64,000 nucleotides of DNA. Source: Macrostomum lignano. Taxonomy: Eukaryota. Within the stretch, counting starts at the first letter, position 1; every line of letters starts with the position of its first letter. Positions 56,851-64,000 of this stretch are shown piece after piece. Made by a program: the position numbers and the translations under genes. The stretch is from contig NIVC01000506.1 of NCBI GenBank assembly GCA_002269645.1, positions 496,001-560,000 of the forward strand, read 5' to 3'. The notes under the pieces are model-generated. The model was not told where the DNA came from, searched no databases, and saw nothing but the letters and a program-made list of their open reading frames with translations.

Positions 56851-58047
56851 TCAAAAATTTTCCGAGCTGACATTCAGCCGCATCTGCGGGTCGATGTACA
56901 CCTCGTCCAGCTGCCTGGAGAGCGTGTTGTGCTCGCAAATCCACTCGCCAGGACTGCGTCGATAGCGCAGCCTGCGGGGCGCCAGAGCCGACATCCGGTA
57001 GAACGACACGGCCTGGAAGCAGCTCCCCACCTTCACCGGCGGCAGGCTGCGCGGCGCGAACCGAACCGACTTCTCGTAGTCGACCACCGGGTACTTTTTG
57101 TCCTCGCCGAAGTGCTTGTTCGAGTAGAAGCTCAGCGTGCACGGGTCGTACAGGTGGGTGTTGAAGGTGGAATGCGCGCACAGCTGCTGCAGCTTAGGCT
57201 TGGCCGCAAAGTAGTAAAGTCCCTGGGTGATGCTGTCCAGATCCCACTCTTTCCAGCTGATGTCCGGATCCATTATCAACAGAAACGTTGCTCGATCGGC
57301 CAGGTGATCGTAGATGTAGTCCATGTACATGTTGCGCAGGGCGGACATCATCAAGCCGCGCTCGACCTCCTCCGGGAAGCTGCGGTAGTGATACGGACCG
57401 GGCCGGTGCTCGCGCTTGGTGCTGTATCGGTAGTTGGTCTTGCACGGCAGCGGGGAGTTGATCCGGCCGCAGCCCAGCAGCCACATGTTGGGATCAGTCA
57501 ACGTCATGTTGTACAAGAAGCTGCGGGTCAAGTCTGTCGATTCGTTTTCCACCATCACCACCCAGGACTCACTGAACAGAGCTCTGAGGCGCTGAACGTA
57601 ATGCATGGTGCTCGGTAGGCCGGCCATGCCGTTGCGCACCGTGGCTGCTACCACCACCGACTGGCTGCGGATCCAAGCCCTGCCAGCTGCTGCTCGGTAC
57701 GCCCAGTTCTCCTCGTCCTTGGAGAGCCGCATGAGCGGCAGCAGCACGCCCTGTCTGTCGAAGCGGTACATAGACTCATCCATGCTGCGGAACAATTCCT
57801 TGTAATTCTCATAAAATTCGTAGCGCTGCAGCGTTTTTGGCAGCCCGATTTTAGCAGCTGAAGAACTTGAATAAATTGTATTTACATGTACATGTTGTCG
57901 GTTGTACAGACTAAACAGGGCGAAAGTGACCACAGCTCCGACGCACAAGCCACTCAGAAATGGGAGTTTGATTGACAGGAGGAAACATGTGCCTCCTCTG
58001 TCTCTTTGTGAGCAGATGAGACTTCTCCGATTGCAGAGAGCTCGCAT
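56851..58047 (-). CDS. Intronless type II membrane glycosyltransferase-like protein (GT-A fold; CAP59/GT69- or GT2-like), 398 aa
   Basis: Single N-terminal hydrophobic helix (FLSGLCVGAVVTFALFSLY), then VVAATVRN, VMVENESTDLT, MMSALRN and the DxD-like IMDPDI. GC-rich codon usage. The ORF is solid; the family call is tentative. Confidence 0.7.
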   Translation of the reverse strand: MRALCNRRSLICSQRDRGGTCFLLSIKLPFLSGLCVGAVVTFALFSLYNRQHVHVNTIYSSSSAAKIGLPKTLQRYEFYENYKELFRSMDESMYRFDRQGVLLPLMRLSKDEENWAYRAAAGRAWIRSQSVVVAATVRNGMAGLPSTMHYVQRLRALFSESWVVMVENESTDLTRSFLYNMTLTDPNMWLLGCGRINSPLPCKTNYRYSTKREHRPGPYHYRSFPEEVERGLMMSALRNMYMDYIYDHLADRATFLLIMDPDISWKEWDLDSITQGLYYFAAKPKLQQLCAHSTFNTHLYDPCTLSFYSNKHFGEDKKYPVVDYEKSVRFAPRSLPPVKVGSCFQAVSFYRMSALAPRRLRYRRSPGEWICEHNTLSRQLDEVYIDPQMRLNVSSENF

Positions 58048-59990
58048 AGCTGACCGTCAAGCATCCGTTTTAGTGCTTGATGAGACGTGCCGGTATTTGT
58101 CGTTTGTATTTGTCAGTGATGAAGTATCGAATCAGAGACTTTCCGCTGTTTTTTTAGGAATCTTAACACCTTCTAGCAATATATAAAAATTTTTTCACCC
58201 TTTCGTAGGCGCAAAGGCGCAAAAATTATTTGAGATTGCTACCATAGTAAAACAAAGTAATCAACCTTTTTTTGTACTTCGTAGGTTGGAATTAACTTTT
58301 AATGTCTCTGAGTGTGTATTCCCATGATATGATGACAACGATTAAAATAATTTAGGTGTACTCATAAATTATCTTTTCGTTCGTTTTCACTTGATTTTTA
58401 AACATTACGCAGTTCGGTTTTTTAATTAGACCTAGCCTTAACCTAGCCTAACCTCTTGCTAGGTCAAGTAAGGCAAGGGAGAGTTGGGACGGGATGGTTA
58501 GGGTTAGGCCCTAGCCCCTAGGCCATGGCTTAAGCTTAAGTAATGGATGCTGTATTGCTGAGATACTATCATTGTGTATATCAACCCATTTAGAATTCTA
58601 ATTTCTAGGATGCTGAGCCTAAACCAAAAGGCCAAAGACAAGGCTTAAACTCAAAAGGGGTGCTTAGGTGCTAGGCCCCTAATATCTATCTAGGCCCTAG
58701 GGCTTGGTCATGAATTCTCATTTTTCATTGGTCATGAAAATTTCGAATTTTGTGATTAGGAAGGCCTAGGCCTAATGTCTTAATAAAATCACTTTGTAAT
58801 TTTTTATTTAATTTAAATTATTATGTTATATTATATTTTTTATATCACTGAGGTAGCACTTTTGTGTTTGACTATATATGACCTTGTGTGAGTGTATACC
58901 ATAGTTTAGATTGTGTATTAGTATACACTGGGTTTAATGTTAGAAAGAATTACAAGACCTTGTTTATTTGCTGGGTTTGTGCACTAATACAAAAAAATTA
59001 TCATTTGACATAATATATCTACTGTGTGTCATATATGCTGGGATATACCCTAGTGTATGCTGAAAAATGGTAAGACCCTTGTTGTATACTCGGAAATCCT
59101 GGCATATATGTTGCCTTCCAAACTAGTATATGGCCAAAGGTAGTGCATGTAATAAAACTAATAAGTAGCATATAGTGTCCTAGTATTTGAATGATAATAT
59201 CCTCTGCTATGTTTGCTTTGTTGTCTTGTAAATGATACCTTGGATTTCCTCATAATCTACCATATGTCTTTGAGTATAGCACTTATAGCCTACTTTATGT
59301 CTAAGCCTTCTCTTCTTGGTTAGGCATTCTATATGGCTCAAATATACTAGCAGAATAGGTCCCCATTTTGCACATCTTTCAATGGCTATATACATTGTAT
59401 TGGATGCTTGATTGAGACAGCTAATGGTCTACCTCTGTTTTTTATATAGTCACAAAAGTGCATCTAGTGCATGTTCAATAGATTTGCTAGGGACATATTT
59501 GATTTGCATCTGAAATTGCTAAAGGTAAAGTTCTAAGTGTCTAGGCCCTAGTTGCTATGGAAGATTCTCCATATAAGCAGTCTTCTAAATAGAATATGAT
59601 TTACTCAATAGAGTAGGTCTTTGTGCCAAGTATAAGAATTGCTCCAATGTTCTAAGTGTTATATATTGCTAGAAGTTCTAGATAGGTGATAGCATATGTA
59701 GCATCTTATAGCATCTTGTAGCTACTCATATTTACTAATAAAAGCTATGGGCCACTCATTACCATGTCATCTTTTTGTGACAGCATAGTGCCTATTCCCT
59801 ATGTGGAAATGTTGCTAGTTACTATGAACTATTTGCTAAAATCTAAGACTAGTTGCATAGTTTCTGATGATATAGCAAATTAATTAGATGTAACATGATA
59901 ATCATGTTGCTTGCTTGATATGATGACTAAACTCTACACTGACCTTGATCTAGCACTTTTTCTTTTTACATGTAGCAGTATGGTGTTGTC

Positions 59991-60636
59991 TAGTGTTCTG
60001 CCATAAGGAGGGTCCATGTACCATAGCTGTAGCCATAAGCAAAACTACAGCTTATTCCAATCCTCCATATTCTATAGCCGTAGGGACCCCAAAATTACCA
60101 TATTCCCATAGTTCCCGTAGCTATAGCCATAGTTTTAACAAAAAGTCTAAAAAATAAAATATTTTGAATCAAGACAATAACCTAGTGCTTAAACAACAGC
60201 AAATTAAATTAGAAAATAAAAGAAACACTTGATTGCCTTTGTAAGATTATATTTTGTCTTTTTTCAGAGCAACAATGCTTAATCATTACTGAAAGTACTA
60301 ATGCTAAACTTTTTCACATTAATAAAAATTAGAGTTTGCTAGTGTTTTATTGTACTTTTTTAGTTATATTTTATAAGTTTCTAGGTTGATAATACAGTTT
60401 ACTAAAAGTATTTTTGTTTTACTCTAACTGTTTCTAATATTTTTTTTCAATTTTTTAACATTAATAACTACAGCTATGGGAATCTACCGAATGTGACAGC
60501 AACTACCATATTTCTGTAGTCGTAGCCATAAGAGCAGCTAGCTACCATAGGCATACCCGTAGCTGCCATAGGCACCTATTTTACCATATTTGCCATAGGA
60601 TCTCGTAGCCATAGCTACGGCTACGGTGGAACACTA
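59991..60636. mobile_element. Non-autonomous hAT-like element, 646 bp, perfect 8-bp TSD GTGTTGTC
   Basis: Ends TAGTGTTCTGCC / GGTGGAACACTA; TSD at 59983-90 and 60637-44; many subterminal CCATA(G) motifs at both ends. Confidence 0.85.
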
Positions 60637-61326
60637 GTGTTGTCTAGCATGATTCTGATAGTCAGGGAACTAGATATAATAGGTTTTAGTCAAGCAAGCA
60701 AGTTAGTTGACAAAATGCAGAGCAATGCATGGTTTGAGTGGGGCAAGGTTATCTGGACAGGGTAAGGCTATTGGCTTGGCCCTCAAACTTCAACTTTGTT
60801 ATTTGTCCTTTAGTATAAAGCTGGTGGTCTGACTGGATAGCCTTGGTCAAGATGAAAGCTAGCCACCATTTTTTGCTGCAATGCAATAATGAAATTGTAA
60901 TGAAATGAAGTGGTATAGGCCTGTGACAAAAGGACTATGAACCCAATAAATATATACTTAGAAAGTAGTTTTATGCTTGAGCAAAAATAATGAAAAATCA
61001 TGTTTACTTATTACTTTTTTCATGCAAAGTTGCCACAATCTGTTTTTTCACTAATATCAATGATTTTTGCCTTGTATATAGTGACCCAGGTAATGATAAA
61101 ATTTGAATAGTATCAATATTGACTATAATCTAGACATATTAGTTGTGAAATTTTCCTTATTTACTTGCAATAATAATCTTTGATTATAAAGTTAGTATTT
61201 TCCAAAGCCAATTTTTTTACCTTTTTGTTGCAAAAAGTCTTTCAAATGTCTAAATTTAACTGCTTACTATATAAATTTTTATGCAGTTATAAATAATCAT
61301 ATTTTCATGAACAAACCCTGATTTAG

Positions 61327-61460
61327 TGCGGCTAATGGCTTCAGAATCAAAGACTGATAGCAAAGAGCTTCTTAAAGAAGCTTTGCTAGAGAGTAAGAAG
61401 AGAGAGCAACTGCTCATGCCAAGGCTTACTACAAAAGAGCGAGAGCTATGCCAGTGTTTG
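61327..61460 (+). CDS. WTAP: Isolated internal exon resembling WTAP/fl(2)d, a subunit of the m6A writer complex
   Basis: TTTAG|...|GTGAGC, 134 nt, phase 1 to 0. It encodes DSKELLKEALLESKKREQLLMPRLTTKERELCQCL, which aligns ungapped with recalled human ESEEKLKQQQQESARRENILVMRLATKEQEMQECT (16/35 identical). Flanking exons not found. Confidence 0.55.
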
Positions 61461-61635
61461 GTGAGCCAATTGTAGTTGTCACTGTTGTAAAAATCTTATG
61501 TAAATTTGTGGTTTACCTTCAATCAAATAAAGTATATTTATCATTGTACATTTTGCTTCCTTTTACATAGTTTCATCAGTTTTAGTTCCTGCTTGACAAA
61601 TCTGATAATTTGTCACTTGTTATGTGGTCATTAGC

Positions 61636-61826
61636 CACCCACCATCTGGTCATTAGGCACTCGCCATCTGGTCATTAGCCATCCACAATCTGGTAGTTAG
61701 CAACCTGCCATCTGGTCATTAGTGACCTGCCATTTGGTCATTAGCAACCTACCATTTGGTCATTAGCAACCTACCATTTGGTCATTAGCAACCTGCCATT
61801 CAGTCATTAGCCACCCACTATCTGGT
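61636..61826. repeat. 22-bp repeat CCATCTGGTCATTAGCAACCTG, about 8 copies
   Basis: Tandem degenerate copies. Confidence 0.88.
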
Positions 61827-62655
61827 CCCCACTGAAAAATAGGGAAGGATTTTGGTTTGGATTTTTTAGTTTGGCTTGTCAATATTCTCTGTATCCATTC
61901 AGTGGGAGAATATCTAGTCATTTCTTTGGATAAGGGATGCCAACTTTACATATCCGGATGTTTTGATTCAGACATTTTGTTTGTAGGCCTATACATAGAT
62001 TGAATTTGGACCTAAGTCCAGAAATGTATCTGGATATAAGGCCAGATTTGAGCCATATATCCAGATGTTTTGTTTGGATACAAGTATTGCATTTTTATCT
62101 GGACGAAATGGCCAGATATGTAGATTGAATCTGGACATAAGTCCAGAAATGTATCCAGCTATATATTGGGCCAAATGATCCAATTTTCACATTAATCTAG
62201 TTTTCCGATAGATAATGCAGTATATTTGCTGCTTCATTTGTATGAATAAATTCTGTCAATTCAAATGAATAAATTGTAGCAATTCTTTTGCACATTTTAG
62301 TTGACAAAAAGGAAAGATGATTAAATTATATGTTAATATATATTTGATGCTAATAAAAGTGTAAAGATATTATTAAACAACAAGGAAATAAACAAGTAAC
62401 AGAAACATTGTCAAAATTGATCAAATGCTAATAGAGAGCTTGTGGAAAACAAGTAGTTAAACACAGTTTGTGGTAAACAGTTAGTTAGATACAATTATTA
62501 ATAAAAAATAGAAAGGCAAAATTAGTGGCAACAAGTAGTTAGTAATTAGTGGTTTCTAGAAAGAGGCGAGTATTATTAGACAGCCAGACTGCTGTTGTAG
62601 AACATTTGTTATTGAAATATGCTGATTAAATTGGAACGTACTGTGGTGACTTGGC

Positions 62656-62847
62656 CAGGGGCATAGCCAGGAATTTCCTACAGGGGGGATACACCAAGGT
62701 GAATTTTCTACAGGAGGGATACACCAAGGTAAAAGTGCTACGACAGAGTCACATGGTAGCATGTATAGCAACAAAGGGCAATAAAAAAGTTTTGGTCAGG
62801 CTCTTCTGGGGGATACATCCCCCTATCCCCCCCTCCCTATGCCCCTG
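62656..62847. mobile_element. 192-bp MITE, hAT-like
   Basis: 11-bp TIR CAGGGGCATAG / CTATGCCCCTG; flanks GACTTGGC and GATTTGGC (7/8 TSD match); internal direct repeat of about 30 bp. Confidence 0.75.
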
Positions 62848-63172
62848 GATTTGGCTTGAGTTGAGTGGGGTGCTGGGGGGTTATTCGTTTGCGTTCACTT
62901 TCCATCGTACTGCGATTCATCTCGCTCCTTAGTTTACTCTGTTGTGCATACGTATACGTGACTAATAAATTTGCAGTCTCCTGAATTATTGATTGGTTAA
63001 AATATTATTTCCATAAATATACAGACAGATTCATCATGCTACCGTTAATCATCGCTTTACAATCAAAACCTATGTGAAGTCTTTACATGTACAGCATCGA
63101 GATCAGTCATCAGTAATCTCAATATCAGTAGCAGTAGTCGTTAGCTGTTTCGCTGGTGTTTGCTGCTCTGGC

Positions 63173-63777
63173 CACAGAATATACACAGAATGGTGAATTA
63201 GCTCTCTCGCCAAAAAATCTTGCTCCGAAACTATATTCGCGATATGCTGCTAATGATGAGGTGCGTGATAAGTAGTAGATTTAGGCAGCTAGTGCCATAG
63301 ACAGCGGTTAGGTGAGCTGTCCACAGAATATACTGTATATACTGTGTATACTCTGGAGCTGTCAGCCGATGCAATATTTTCGATAGCAAGCGGCAGCATG
63401 AATCTGTGGCATGAATGCTAAGACAAAATCCAAGATCCAATGCGCAGCTTACGGGTGCCCGCACTACGCAAATAAGTGCCCACCGCAGACGCGCTTCCAT
63501 CGCTTTCCAGCGGATAGAAATCGGTAAGAGCCATTACAATTGCAAGTAGTGTAAATTAGATAAGTTGACATAGAAATACAATATTGCGCTTTAGATGCTT
63601 TTACGCTTATCCTTATCTCTTTACATTGACTTTTAATACATATAGCCTAGGGCGCTTAGCTTAATCTACGTCAATTTAATTGCACTACTTTTCGCCACCT
63701 CATCATTAGTAGTCTATGAACATTTTATTCCGATAACTAGTTTAAGCGCTGATTCACCATTCTGTGTGTATTCTGTG
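63173..63777. mobile_element. 605-bp non-autonomous TIR element with CACAG ends and a perfect 8-bp TSD (P-like or hAT)
   Basis: 30-bp TIRs at 63173-63202 and 63748-63777 (2 mismatches); TSD GCTCTGGC at 63165-72 and 63778-85. Confidence 0.85.
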
Positions 63778-64000
63778 GCTCTGGCTCTGTCTGCTCTCTT
63801 CTGCTTCTGTTACGCGCATTAGTACGCGCATTACTACTAATAAGCTTCCGATCTTCCTCAGGCTTTTAGTTGTAAATGGAAGTTACGCGACAGCGTTTAA
63901 AACAATCGTGAACATCGTCTTCTTCTAGTGTCACGCCTTTTCGACTGCAGTAGGCAGCCACGATCTCTAGTTTTGCTGAATTGGCAATATGAATGCGTGG

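Noticed and set aside
58609-58667. Candidate upstream WTAP exon (DAEPKPK...VLR)
   Set aside because: Weak donor (GTGCTA), marginal similarity, and no linking exon found.
63231-63500. ORF inside the CACAG element as a THAP or transposase remnant
   Set aside because: No C2CH or DDE motif is visible.

Overview
This is eukaryotic (animal) DNA, very rich in repeats. The neuropeptide type, GC-rich exons and dense mini/microsatellites suggest a free-living flatworm such as Macrostomum (inference, not verified). Six host genes can be rebuilt by hand with phase-consistent GT-AG introns: a GnRH/AKH/corazonin-type GPCR (+, 5' exon outside the window), a single-exon neuropeptide precursor with 27 identical PSFVRLamide copies (+), a sphingolipid delta-4 desaturase DEGS (-), a Rac/Cdc42-like GTPase (-), an 8-exon ZIFL/MFSD10-type MFS transporter (-) and an intronless GT-A glycosyltransferase-like ORF (-). 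There is also one isolated WTAP/fl(2)d-like exon (+). Mobile DNA comprises a deleted Copia with a foldback MITE inside it, a 5'-truncated Gypsy split by a Tc1/mariner element, three RTE-type LINE copies and three TIR MITEs with 8-bp TSDs. The most unusual feature is that nearly every long intron is filled by its own tandem repeat. In DEGS intron 1 the 3' splice site (branch point, pyrimidine tract, AG|GT) is amplified 15 times and the donor motif is also repeated. DEGS intron 2 is a 4.6-kb in-frame, stop-free trinucleotide array. No prokaryotic features, CRISPR, rRNA or tRNA genes were recognised. Most long ORFs in the supplied track are translations of repeats.
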